Positions 51,791-64,000 of a stretch of 64,000 nt of DNA are shown piece by piece; the stretch's first letter is position 1, and every line of letters begins with the position of its first letter. The stretch is from the human T2T-CHM13v2.0 reference genome, Homo sapiens: NCBI RefSeq assembly GCF_009914755.1, contig NC_060930.1, one strand, 5' to 3'. Position numbers and translations under genes: made by a program. The notes beneath the pieces are model-generated. The model was given only the letters and a program-made list of their open reading frames with translations. It ran no database searches and was not told the origin of the DNA.

Positions 51791-53296
51791 TGTGTGTAGG
51801 AGATCTGGGTGATGACTGACTTCGCAGAGTAGTTTAAATAGCATGGTTGTGCACAGAGGCACACACACACAGCAAATAGTGAGGGACAGGTGAAGCTGAG
51901 CCACGGTGTCTGGGAGTAACGTGAGTAGTGCAGGGTGGATTAGGGAAGGGTTCCTGGTGGAGATGGGATGTGTGGCAGGGCTTAAAGGATGTGAGAGATA
52001 TAGACCATGCCCAACAGTGTGGGGGCCTGGGGCAGGGTTATCCACAAAGAGTCACCCACGTGACCTGAACATAGTAGGTGTTGAGTAACTGTTATTGGAT
52101 GATTGGTGATAGCAACATGGTGGTTGTGATGGAAGTAGCAACAGAGGAGGGAGTGGTCTGATGGTGCTGGTGGCAATGGTAGCTATGTCAGTGCTGGAGG
52201 AAGTAGCGATGATGGTGTGACAGTGGAGGTGTTAGGTGGTGTTGGTGATGAAGATGGGAATGGAATTAGCAATAAAGGCAAGAACAAAGACACCTTTTAC
52301 TTTACCAACCTGTACAATCCTTTGCAGCAGACACCACCCTCACACATTCTTAATCCTCACAGCTACCTTCAGGTGGTATCCTCATTTTACAAACGATGAC
52401 ACTGAACCACAAGCAAGTCAAATCCTGCTTGTGCAAGGTCACAAGGCCAGTAAGTAGCAGAAACCCGATTGGCTCAGGCTCTCTGCCTTCAGGGCCAGTG
52501 GCTCTCAGCTTCCTCCCCACTCAGAGGGAGGGCAGTGTCATGATGCCATGGGTGGGTATCAAGGCGAGGGCATTCTGCACTCCCAACACAGCAGGCTCAG
52601 CTGTGCTCTGTTTGGAGGAGTGGGGTGGAGCAAGACTGAGTGAGAGCAAATGCAGTTCTAATCCTGGCCCCACCACCCATGTGCTGTGTGACCTTCTCTG
52701 GGCAATGGCCAAGGTAGATGCCAGCTGCCAGGTGACAGCAGGCCTGCCGGGCAGAGCCAGTGGAGCCTGGCAGGAGCCACACACACCAAGGGGATGAAGT
52801 CAGGGGTGAGAAATAATCTTGGAGTCAGAGGAAGGCTTGCTCTGGGTGACATTCCTGGAAAGTTCTGCTCTGATTGGCTTGAGATTGGGGCTTCTGCATA
52901 GGCCTTTCCAGTCAGGAACAAGTTTATTAATAAACCCTGTGTCTGCCCCCTGCCCTCACCCTGGGGAAAAGGCAGGGCTTCCTGGGGCTCCTGGGGTGGT
53001 GAGTTCCATTGAGGGGGGACAGGGATTGAGCCCTTTAATGGGGTGCAAATGCCCTGCAGCTCCCAGATGACATGCTTCTGCCATAGACTCAGGGGCTTAG
53101 GAGAAATGCCAACAGGAGTGGGGCATGCATGTGAGCACATGGGTGTGCAAGCATGCATGAATGACTGTACGCATAGCGAGGTGTGTACACATGAGTTCCT
53201 GAACAAGGTTATCAGGTTATCACGGTAATAATAGACTCCTGGGGGCTCCTGGGTGTATGGGTATATATGGATTGGCCTGTAAGAATGTAAACCTAC

Positions 53297-53602
<306 letters not shown>

Positions 53603-54509
53603 TAAGAGTGTAAACCTGTGTCTCAGCTGCTGGTGAGTGTATTCTTCATGTGCCCTTGTGAGCACCTAGGTGATGTGTGGGCGGCTGTGGGAGGAGGACT
53701 GAGTCTGAGGGTTGCCAAGGCCCTCCCAGGCACTTCCCTCTGCAGCTCATTAGCATCCAAAGGCTAAATTTACTGCATTTGCTCCCCCACCCGTGGGCTC
53801 TGACCTCATTAGGCCCCTGCTCCTTTCCTCAGACAGTGGGGCTGGGAAGGAGGGATGGCTCCTTTATCTGCAGTGTAGGATCCCTTGAGGGAGGAGGGAA
53901 AGTCCTGGGGGCAGGGGCAGGGGAATGCCAGGGCACAAAACTTAATATAGTCACAGGGCAGGCCGAGGAGGATGTTGTCTCCTATTACACCTGCCACCTG
54001 GCCCCCATCACATGATCAGCTCTTGCTGGCGAGTCATGGGCAGAGTGAGGAGCACCTACTCCTGGACATTGCAGGAGGCCGCACTCCACTCTGCCCCCTC
54101 CACAAATGGAGCCCTTCTCCCAGGTGATCCTCCTGGGAAGGGCAGGGTCCAGCCAGCCCTCTGCTCAGTGTGGCTCTGGCATGGATCAGCTGGGTGGTCC
54201 TGACCCCCAGTGGACCTGGTCAGGAAGGGAGGGAAGCTGCAGGGACATCCCACTGATCTTAGCATGGCCACCAAGGGACAGCTTCCTCTGGTGCATACCC
54301 TCCCCCACTTCCCTCTTGGTCAGAACCATGGCCCCACACTATGGCATTCCTGTAGGCAGAGCCCTAGGCTAGAACTAGGGGTGACAGCCAGGGTGAGAAA
54401 GAGCAGGGGTAGCCAGGTCAGCAGCCCCTCCAAGACTCTCCAGGAGACCAGTGTGGATGCAAAAGAAGGCAGGTTCAAAGTCAGCTCCTCCTCTAAGCCC
54501 CTCCTAGAT

Positions 54510-54605
54510 AGGGCTCAGACTGAGGGGAGACACAGCCCTTACTCAGGGAGCCCCAGTCTGAGGGGAGATGCAGCCCTGTCCTCAGGGACCCCCAGTCGGA
54601 AGGAA
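54510..54605 (+). repeat. 39-bp minisatellite, ~2.5 units (local family)
   Basis: Shares 27 identical bp (ctcagggagccccagtctgaggggaga) with the 47345 unit. Confidence 0.85.
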
Positions 54606-55454
54606 CTATCATGCTACTTGTCCTCTCTTGAGTTTCTTGTGTAACCCTGGGGGTTTTACTCAATATCTCAGAGCCTCTGTTTTCTTGTCTGTGTAATGGC
54701 AACATGGCCACACACCTCAAAGATGTTTGGTTCATGCCAGTCAGATCACAAAACCTGAGTAAAATGTAGCTATTCTTTTTCATTTGGAGTTTTCTTGTGG
54801 AAGAAATCATCGCATTTAGTCTTTCTTTGGAGAAGCCAGTTGCAGTGGGATCTTGTGTACCTCCCAGTCCTCTCCCAAAGACTAATGTCGTGATGGTCTG
54901 GCTGTCTTGACACACCTGGCCTTCCCAGGCAGCCCCAGGCTGGACATTTATAGTCAACAAATATTATGGAAAGTCAGCCATACAAGAGGCCCTAGGCCTG
55001 AGGACACCAGTGCAGCAGGGGTCAAGGCAAGCCCTGCAGCCACCCACCCCAGGCCAGTTCACTCCACAGCTATGGATGAAGCGGGGAGGAAGGCTCCCCC
55101 TTCCTCTCACTAGCTACCTGCCCCCCACCACTTGTCTGTTGACTTGGGGGACCCTCGACAGCTTCAGAGACTGGCTTCAGGGTACCTGGGGGATATACCC
55201 TCTCAAACCTGCAACTGTGAATGAGGATGGGAAGCTGCCAAGAGGTATACATGTGTGTGTGTGTCCAGCCCTGTCACAACTGAAGAGTGGAATTCCTTCC
55301 CACATGCACTGTACGATGATACCACACATGGCTGTCCCAGGGACCAAGGCTTTCTGTCCCTGGGACAGAGGGCCTAGAGGGCCCAGACTCTAGCTATAAA
55401 TGCCCCCAGAAAACAGTCCGGTGGCTTCTGGTCATTTGCTTCTTAGGTACTTTG

Positions 55455-55930
55455 TAAAATTTATTCTTCTTGAGATGTTAGATTTGTGCATCAAATTGTA
55501 CAAATCATTAAGGGTGCAGCTTGGTGAATTTTATGTAATGCCCACATAACCACCACCCGGTGCAAGCACAGAATGTTTTCAGCACCCCAGGAGGTTCCCT
55601 GAAGCCCCTCCCAGTCAATTCCACCTTCCAGAGGTAACCACTATTCTGACTTCTATCCCCATAGATCTGCTTTGCCTGTTCTTGAATCTCATGTAAATGG
55701 AATCATAGCATATGCACACTTTTGTGTCTGCCTCGTGCTGTGCAATATTATGTCTGTGAAGTTCATCCATGTTGCTCAAGTAACACTAGGTTTTCCTTTT
55801 GTATTGCTGAGTAGTATTCCATTAAGTGGATATGCCACAGTTTATGTACCTATTCTGGGACATTTAGGTTATTTCCAGTTTTTAATTAATATGATGCAAG
55901 CAGACACAGCATTCCTGTATGTTTTCTGGT
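55455..55930 (-). mobile_element. L1M(B/E) 3' fragment
   Basis: gaggtaaccactattctgacttctatc...tttgcctgttcttgaatctcatgtaaatggaatcatag. Confidence 0.85.
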
Positions 55931-56143
55931 GCTCCTAAATATGGCAACCCAAATCTTGAGAGCAGATTTTGAGGGCAACGCATGGTTAAGAACTCCAGGG
56001 AAGAGGAATTAAAAATGACTGGGCTCCTGCTCTGGGCCATGAGCTTTTGTGGATCCACTGGACCAATCACTAAGGAAGGAAGACAGAGAAAGAGCAGCTC
56101 CCAAGGGGAACTCCTCTGAGCTCATCACTGAGCCTGGAGCCAG

Positions 56144-56144
<1 letters not shown>

Positions 56145-56188
<44 letters not shown>
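56145..56188. repeat. (TG)22 microsatellite
   Basis: Perfect TG run abutting an MLT1 LTR end. Confidence 0.97.
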
Positions 56189-56189
<1 letters not shown>

Positions 56190-56673
56190 TTGGATTTGTT
56201 GCCGGGGCTGCCATAACACAGTACCACAGACTTGGTGACTCAGTAGTTTAAAACAACAGAAACGTATTCTCGCACAGTGAAGGAGGCCAAAAGTCTGAAA
56301 TCAAGGTGTTGGCAGAGTCTGTTTCTTCCAGAGGCTCTGAGGGAGATTGTTCCTTGCCTCTCTCCTTGCTTCTGGGGGCTGCCAGCACCTTGGTATTTCT
56401 CGGCTCGTAGCTGCATCACTCCAATCTCTGACTCCATCATCACATGGCCTTCTGCTCTGTGTCTCCATGTCTCTGTTTTCAAATCTTTTTCTCCTTATAA
56501 GGACACCAGTCACTGGATTTAAGGCCCACTCTAATCCAGTAAGATCTCATCTTAATTTGATTACATCTACAAACACCCTATTTCCAACTACGGTCACATC
56601 CCCAGGTACTGGGGGTTAGGACTCCAACTTATCTTTTTGGTGGGGATGGGGGGGCACAATTCAACCAACAACA
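56190..56673 (-). mobile_element. MLT1C-like MaLR solo LTR
   Basis: ggggctgccataacacagtaccacagact...aagtctgaaatcaaggtgttggcag...ggcacaattcaaccaacaaca. Confidence 0.9.
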
Positions 56674-57620
56674 GTGATTATGGCTGTGTGTCTGTGTGTG
56701 TAAGACTGAGTGTGCATGAGTGTGTGTATTAATGTGTATACGCGTGAGGGGTAGTGAGTGTTATGCACATGTGCTTGTGAGAACATGTCTGCGATGGTGT
56801 TTCTCGGTGTGCTTATGTGACTGTGGGCATGTACATATGAGCATGTGTGTATATGTGCTTCTGTTTCCACGACTTGGAGACCCTGCTGGATGAGCTGAGA
56901 AGGGCAGCAAGGCAGGACGGTGGCAACAGGTTGAAGAGGTGCTTGGGGCCAGCCAGGTGAGCAGGCAGGCCTTGCCTCATGAATCTGGAAGAGTAGCTGG
57001 TGGATACAGACTCTGAGAAACAAGGACAAGGATGTTTGTTGAGCTGGGATACAGGCTGGTAGGCCCAGGCAGTAGCTCCTGACAGCAGTGCCTGTTCCCA
57101 GGTCTTCTTTCAGGAATATTCCTAGAAACCCCCTCCACCCATGCTCCTGACCCTTGCATCCCATTTGCCTGGACAGAGAGGCACTGCCTGACTCCTCCCT
57201 TCCCAGGAATAAAAGTCAGCACTCAGTTACCTGTTGTGCCAGCCAGGTAGGGGCGGGGCAGGTAGCCAGTCCTTCCCTAGACCCACCCCCAGCCTAGTCC
57301 AAAGTAGCACCCAATCACCCATCCCTATGCCCTGCCATGCCTCTCAACTTGTATCTTGCACCTTGGCTGGGGCTGGACCCTAGAAATCAAAGAAAAACGG
57401 GGGGAGCATGTAGCAGTCAGGTAAGGTCCAGAATGAGGGATTCTTATCTCCCTAGGGCAGCTCTCTTAGGCAAGCCCACCATCAAGCGACAGGATATTGG
57501 GAAGGTCTCCTCATAGTAATGTCAACTCAGGGCCTGCTCTGAGCCGGGTTATCTCATTTAAATTTCACAATCAGGCCAGGTGTGGTGGCTTTTGCCTATA
57601 AGCCCAGTATTTTGGGGGAG

Positions 57621-58985
57621 TGAGAGGTGACAGGGTGCTGGCAGTCCTCACAGCCCTCGCTCACTCTCGGCGCCTCCTCTGCCTGGGCTCCCACTTTGGC
57701 CACACTTGAGGAGCCCTTCAGCCCACCGCTGCACTGTGGAAGCCCCTTTCTGGGCTGGCCAAGGCCGGAGCCGGCTCCCTCAGCTTGCGAGGAGGTGTGG
57801 AGGGAGAGGGGTGGGCGGGAACCGGGGCTGCGCGCGGTGTTTGCGGGCCAGCGCAAGTTCCGGGTGGGCGTGGGCTCGGCAGACCCCGCACTCGGAGCAG
57901 CCCGCCAGGCCCCACCGGCCCTGGGCAGTGAGGGGCTTAGCACCTGGGCCAGCAGCTGCTGTGCTCAATTTCTCCCCGGGCCTTAGCTGCCTTCCCGCGG
58001 GGCAGGGCTCGGGACCTGCAGCCTGCCATGCCTGAGACTCCTCCCGGCTCCGTGGGCTCCTGTGCGGCCAGAGCCTCCCCGACGAGCGCCACCCCCTGCT
58101 CCATGGCGCCCAGTCCCATCCACCACCCAAGGGCTGAGGAGTGCGGGCGCACAGCGCCGGACTGGCAGGCAGCTCCACCTGCAGCCCTGGTGCAGGATCC
58201 ACTGGGTGTAGCCAGCTGGGCTCCTGAGTCTGGTGGGGACGTGGAGAACCTTTATGTCTAGCTCAGGGATTGTAAATACACCAATCGGCACTCTGTATCT
58301 AGCTCAAGGTTTGTAAACACACCAATCAGCACTGTGAATGCACCAATCGACACTGTATCTAGCTACTCTGGTGGGGACTTGGAGAACCTTTGTGTCAACA
58401 CTCTGTATCTAGCTAATCTAGTGGGGACATGGAGAACCTTTGTGTCTAGCTCGGATTGTAAACGCACCAATCAGCACCCTGTCAAAACAGACCACTGGGC
58501 TCTACCAATCAGCAGGATGTGGGTGGGGCCAGATAAGAGAATAAAAGCAGGCTGCCCCAGCCCGCAGTGGCAACCTGCTGGGGTCCCTTTCCACACTGTG
58601 GAAGCTTTGTTCTTTTGCTCTTTGCAATAAATCTTGCTACTGCTCACTCTGTAGGTCCACACTGCCTTTATGAGCTGTAACACTCACTGCGAAGGTCTGC
58701 AGCTTCACTCCTGAAGCCAGCGAGACTACGAGCCCACCGGGAGGAACAAACAACTCCAGACGCGCCGCCTTAAGAACTGTAACACTCACCGCGAAGGTCT
58801 GCAGCTTCACTCCTAAGCCAGCGAGACCACGAACCCACCAGAAGGAAGAAACTCTGAACACATCTGAACATCAGAAGGAACAAACTCTGGACACGCTGTC
58901 TTTAAGAACTGTAACACTCACCGCGAGGGTCCGCGGCTTCATTCTTGAAGTCAGTGAGACCAAGAACCCACCAATTCCAGACACA
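57621..58985 (+). mobile_element. LTR12C (ERV9) solo LTR
   Basis: Starts tgagaggtgacag and ends ccaattccagacaca (TG...CA); 4-bp TSD ggag; GC-rich 5' part, CCAAT-containing U3 repeats and U5 gctgtaacactcac repeats. Confidence 0.97.
58281..58631 (+). promoter_or_regulatory. LTR12 promoter/enhancer core
   Basis: CCAAT at 58281, 58322, 58343, 58467 and 58505; AGATAA at 58531; TATA-equivalent AATAAA at 58540; poly(A) signal AATAAA at 58626. Confidence 0.7.
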
Positions 58986-61259
58986 GGAGGATCGCTTGAG
59001 CCCAGGAATTCAAGACCAGCCTGGGCAACACAGCAACACTCCATCTCTACAGAAGTTGTAAAATTAGCTGGGCGTGATGGGGTGCATCTGTAGTCCTAGC
59101 TACTTATCCTAGCCTTGGGGAGAGGATCACTTGAGCCCAGGAGGTTAAGGCTGCAGTGAGCCATGATTGCACCACTGCACTCCAGCCGGGGTAACAAAGT
59201 CAGACCGTGTCTCTAAAAATAAATAAATAAATAAAAATAAAATAAATTTGACAACCAAGTTTAAATGGTGTTCTCATTATTCCCATTTTACAGATGCAGT
59301 CACTGGGGCCCCCAAGAAGTTAAGTGATCTGCCTAAGATCACATGCCTTTGTTTATATGTGTTGGAATTTTTCAATTCTCTCTGGAAATCCACATCCTCC
59401 ACCCCCAACCCAGACTCCAACACAACTGCTTCCGCCACGGCCCACCTGCGTACCCCACACATATCCCTGAAGTGCAGACTTCCTCCCATCCTTCCCCAGG
59501 AAGATTCCCTGGTCTGTGGGGTAGCGAGTGTTGGAGTGGTCTCTCCTTCCCTCCCATGCTTCTAGATTCCTCTGTAGGGTCCCGGTTTTGTTTTTGGTGT
59601 GGCAGCAAGCTCACTGCCTTTTTGAGTACTGTATGTCAGTGAGTTTGCATGCACACACCTGGAGGAGGGATGTGTGGGCATGAGGGGTATCTGGGCAAGT
59701 GGGCTTACTTGCCCACCTGGGGCACATGTGGGTACAGTGCAGTGGAGCATACATTGCCTAGATTGTAACCGTGTGTGTGCCTAGACACAGGCAAATGAGC
59801 CCATGTGGGTGTTCATGAAGGGCCTGCCCCCTGCATGTTTGGGGGTCTGTAGAATGAGTCCCCATTTCTCTCCCCTTCCCAAATAACTGCCACCATCTTC
59901 AGTTCTGACTCCTGGGCCCCAGGTAAGGGGCTGGTGAAAACCGCCTCTGACTGGGGACAGAGACACCTGAGTCTTAAGCCCCACCCAGGCTGCTAGTGCC
60001 CTTGAGCAGGCATCACCCCACCCAGGCAGCGGGAGTGTCCTCACCCAATGGGATAGGGTGACATGGGGGAGGAGGTTTGAAGCGGGGAGAAGGCAGCGAG
60101 GCTTTCAGCTCCCTAGATGGGAGGCTCATTACCCTAGCACTCAGTAGGTTGTAGGGAAGGGGGACTGAGCCAGGACTTGGCACTGACTACAAAGGGTAGG
60201 GGCAGCCCCCAGCACTCCCGCCGCGGCAGGCCAGGGGAGGGGCTGTGACGTTTGGTGGCCTCATGCAGCTGAGAGGAAGTAGCTAATTGCCAACCTGATG
60301 ACTGGCGGCTGAGGAGTGGGGTGATGATGCCACTGGCAGAAGCAGGCGCCCTGGCCCAAGGAGGAGGCCCTTCAGCAACGGAGTGGGCCTGCATTCTGCG
60401 GAGGGTGAGACTGAGGTGGCTGCAGTCAAAGGAGAAGGGGGCAGGGGTTTGTTGAGGCTGTGACCGTGGGAAAGCGCTTCTCCAGGGCTTCCCTCAGCTT
60501 CAAGGAGAAAGAGTTCAGAGGCCCTGAGGGGATGAAGGGACTTGTGAAGGGGCTTCAGGGGGATGGGTTGGGGGGAAGGAGGTTCCTATTCTTACTCCCC
60601 TTCTGCCTATGCTCCCCCAATGTTCCTGTCTCTCCCCTCCCCCACCTTGGCCCCCTCTTTGGCCCCTGTGGCCAAAGTTGTTGAGGAAGGAGGGAGTAGA
60701 TGGAGGGCTCTTTTCACCAGAAGACCCCCAGGCACAAGCAGCCCACCTTACTGATGGTCAGAGCATCCAGAAGAAGTGGCGAGACTTCAGCTGTCCTCAA
60801 AGCAGGAAGACAGAGTGTTTCTGGCAGAAAGAACAGCACAAGCAAAGGTTAGGCAGTGGGGTCTGGAGAGGCTGGTGGAGGACTGGGGCTTGGCTTCAAT
60901 GGTTATGAGAGGAGGTGGGCAGGATGTTCTGTACCAAGGGCCACACTGTCCCTTCCTGGAAGAAACAGTGGGTACCCAGCACCCAGAGCTTCTCCCACAT
61001 GCTGGCCACCGCCTCTGGCCCCAGTAGACCTGGCCCTCAACTGCCTCAGCAAGCCTCACAGGTTGGGGACCCCACCCTCATTATTCTCAAGTGCATCAAC
61101 CCCGAAGGACTGAAGCCCCGAGTCCCAATAAACAGGTCCCATCCATCCGTAGGCCAGTCCGCTGGGCCCCTAGCACCCCCTATGGGCAGGAAGCAACACT
61201 AATGGAGGAGGAGCCTCCAGCAGCCTGGGGTGGGGTGGGGGTGGGAGAGTGAGACGTGA

Positions 61260-61530
61260 GGGAGGAGACAGACTTGCCCTCTAGGAAGCGGACAGACCAT
61301 GCCTCAGGAAACCCCAGTGTCACAGGTCACAGACACTGACCTTGAAGCGTTACTCTCATGGGTGAAATTTAGCCCCTGTCCTCAGGAAGCTCCCAGTCTG
61401 ACGGGGGACACATATAGTGCTCTCAGAGCTGCCTTCTTTAGGGTGAAACTCAGTATCTGGGCTTCAGGAAACTCCCAGTGTAAGGGGAGAGACACGACCC
61501 TGCCCTTAGGGATCTCTCAAATGAGGCATA
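61260..61530 (+). repeat. Highly degenerate ~39-bp minisatellite array (local family)
   Basis: agcccctgtcctcaggaagctcccagtctgacgggggacaca; caggaaactcccagtgtaaggggagagacacgaccctgccctt. Confidence 0.6.
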
Positions 61531-61594
61531 CCCACTGGACTTTCGGGAACCATCAATCTGTTTCCAGACATGGATTAGAGATTTCAATGCCTCA

Positions 61595-61769
61595 AGGGCT
61601 GCCAGGAAAAAAAATACAAGACGTCCAATTAAATTGAATATCAGATAAACAACGAATAATATTTTAGCATAAGTCTGTCCCATACAATATTTGGGACAGA
61701 CTTACACTATTTAAAGTATCCAGTTTAACTGGAAGTCTTGTGTTTTTATTTGCCAGATCTGGTAACCCT
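61595..61769. mobile_element. MER53 palindromic MITE
   Basis: TIR-like ends agggctgccag / ctggtaaccct; central palindrome taagtctgtccca-N9-tgggacagactta; cagataaacaacgaataa. Confidence 0.9.
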
Positions 61770-61879
61770 AGGTGCCTCCAGTTTGAGGGAGGAGAGAGGA
61801 CACCCCCTCCACCCCAGACATAGGAAAGCAGGTAAACACCTCAGCGTGCTCCGGAGGGCAGGGGTGGGGCAGGAGGAGA

Positions 61880-62900
61880 GTCCTGGGGCTCCGGCTCGCG
61901 GCAGTTTAAAATTCCTTCCAGGCCAGAGCCCTAATCCCTCGGTGCACAATGGCCGCCTTCTCCCCCGCCGCCCGCGCCCACGCCCTCCCCCGCGGGGCCG
62001 TGGCAGTGCCACCAAGGGCCTCTTTAAGCCCCTTTGAAGCCGCGGAGCCCCGCGCCGCAGGAGGCCCCGCCGCTATGCCAGCTATGCCAGCTATGTCCCT
62101 GCTGCCGCCGGCCGCCACCGCTCCCCCATTAATGCTGGCTAATCTGGCTAATAAATAAACTCCCCTCCCAGCCCCAGCCCCGCGCCGACTCCTCCCCGCC
62201 CCCGCAGAATCGATGTCAGGGCTCGACTAGAGCAAGCGCCCGCACTCCACCCCACTCCCTCGAGATGTAGCTGACGTTTTTTCTTATGGCTGCCCTAGGT
62301 CTGTAGCCCGTCGGGGATTCTCGGGGAGACGTGGGATTTCGGAGGTCTCCGCCTAGCCACTGCGTTTGCCTTCCTCTTTTCCAGTCCACCTGCGCACCAG
62401 GGGCAGGACACGTGGCTGGGTGCAGACGCTGGCCCGGATGTCGCGGAGGACTCGCGGGCCGGTAGAGCGCGCGGCGGCGGCGGCGGCGGCGGGAGGAGAC
62501 GCAGGTCACGCCCCCTTCCCACCACCTCCCGCCGCCGACGGGGCGCGCGCGCCGAGGAGCCCGGGACAGGTGACTCCTAGAGGACTGCGTCTGCGCCTCC
62601 CCCGGCGGGAGTCCCTTCTTCGCGGCCTCTGCCGCCCCCTGCGTCCCCTCCTGGGCTTCCGAGAGTCTGACTCAGCCAAGCCGGCATCGCTTCGCCTCCT
62701 ACAACACACCCCGAGCGCGAGAAGAAATTACAGGATTGCAGGGGCACGGCTAATGCGCTCTAATTACCCACCGCCGCTGTCATCCGCGGCGCTCCGCGGC
62801 GCTGGGCCAACGCGCCGTAATTAAGACGCCGCTCCCCGGTCCCGGAACCCTCCCTTCGCCACCCTCCACCCACCCACCTCGCGGTCCCCAGGACCACTGG
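61880..62900. promoter_or_regulatory. CpG island (promoter or Polycomb-type developmental enhancer)
   Basis: Non-repeat, very GC- and CpG-dense block with GC boxes, (GCG)7 at 62471-62491 and clustered TAAT motifs; moderate CpG density continues to ~63350. Confidence 0.9.
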
Positions 62901-63532
62901 CTGCCAACTCCTGCCGCCCTCTGGGACTGCCCCTCAGTCCCAGGAGAGCTATGAGGCCTCACTGGGGGCAGAACTTGGGGAGACCGAAGCCGGCCCTTCC
63001 ACTCCCCTAAACCTACAGTCCTGGAAGGTCTCTGCTGGAAGAGACTGGGAGAGTGGGGAGGGGCCAGGGACCTATTTCGTTGACAGAAACAGTGAGGTCT
63101 ATTGGAAAGTTAGCCTTCAGTGGGAGGAGTGGCAAAGGCACGCAGGGCAGCAGTACCCCCGTTTGGCACTTGAGGCACGGAGAAGGGAAGGGAAGTCCGC
63201 CCAGCCAGAACTCCCAGACCCGCTCGTTTAACAGTGGCTTTATGAGCAGCACGACGGACTCCCTCCCCTGGCGGGGAAATTACCTTCCTGCGAAGAAAGG
63301 TGACATCCCCGCCACAGACACGGAGGCCCCGCCTGCTGGCCAGCTGTGGCCGCCATAGGGGAGCTGGTGAGGAGTGAGGTGGCTCTGGCCTCCCATGTCA
63401 GGTAGGGTGAGAGAGGCCCTGAAGATAGAAGCCAGGCCCGAAGGCCAGAATTAAAGGGGTAGCTTGGCCATCAGCTCCTTCCCCCAAAACCAGGCTCAGA
63501 GCTCTCCTCTATCAGCAATTCTTTCCTGAGGT

Positions 63533-63640
63533 CCAGGGTGTTGCAAACTCATGGCCTTGGGCCACGTTTTACCTTCAGTGAGGTTTTGTTTGGCTTGCAA
63601 TGAGTACATGGGTTTTAGGTTGAATGTGAGAGTCTGCAGA
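63533..63640. mobile_element. Possible hAT-Charlie MITE fragment
   Basis: cagggtgttgcaaactcatggccttgggcc...ttttgtttggc resembles Charlie-family ends. Confidence 0.35.
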
Positions 63641-64000
63641 CAATGTGGGTTCTCCGACTGCCCTCCCAGTGAAGGTGGACCTCTGATTTAGACCGGCCCG
63701 CTGGGCCCGTGCCTACATCCTTTTCCTCAGCGTCAGGATCTTAGTCCCCATGATTGCTGCCCCTTTGTGGTCTGCATGTTTCTTGGTAAGGGTGCCCAGT
63801 CAGGTGTCTCTGGGAGCCCCCTCTTCTCTGTCATCGTCAGGCTCCCCACTTGCAGTGGCCGTGGTGGCTGCACATGCTCCCGGATACCCCTCCAGCACTC
63901 CCTTTTGTCATCTTGAGTTTCAGTCCGTGACTTGGGTGGCACCCTATCTTCTCCATCAGGGATGGTAGCTATTTTTCTGCCATGAGACTAGAGGTTGCTT

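Larger units (their letters stand above)
57574..59242 (+). mobile_element. AluJ split by LTR12C and inserted in a MIR
   Basis: Alu 5' piece at 57574-57620 and remainder at 58986-59242; TSD taaatttcacaatca (57559-73) / taaatttgacaacca (59243-57); reverse MIR halves on both sides. Confidence 0.88.

Noticed and set aside
56680-56860. TG-rich tract as a structured element
   Set aside because: Degenerate low-complexity (TG) sequence with no clear periodicity
57596-58861. Cluster of overlapping ORFs
   Set aside because: All fall within the non-coding LTR12C; no gag, pol or env sequence follows, so it is a solo LTR
62366-62824. Assigning a gene symbol to the CpG-island ORF
   Set aside because: I do not reliably recognise the protein or locus, and the listed start is a non-ATG codon

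Overview
Primate (human-like) genomic DNA from a mostly GC-rich, repeat-dense region. I found no supportable protein-coding exon, and most ORFs in the track are chance or repeat-derived frames. The window reads as intergenic or intronic sequence ending in a CpG island (~61.9-63.0 kb) with clustered homeodomain motifs. Main contents: a large old L1 (~12.9-20.8 kb) that has lost its RT domain and carries a near full-length Tigger2 transposon, itself holding an AluJ with a 272-bp pure-purine GAA/GGA tract; a 2.5-kb AT-rich compound VNTR starting at an Alu tail; a solo LTR12C nested in an AluJ nested in a MIR; a CR1/L3 RT fossil; and many MIR, L2, MaLR and MER relics. The least explained signals are a locally dispersed ~39-bp minisatellite family (including an inverted pair with a perfect 33-bp match), a 42-bp apparently templated insertion, a miR-1302-like MER53 hairpin with a paired arm change, and a possible very ancient L1-clade fossil. 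I cannot assign a gene name or demonstrate a new biological system from sequence alone. Repeat subfamily calls come from remembered consensus features and boundaries of old repeats are approximate.
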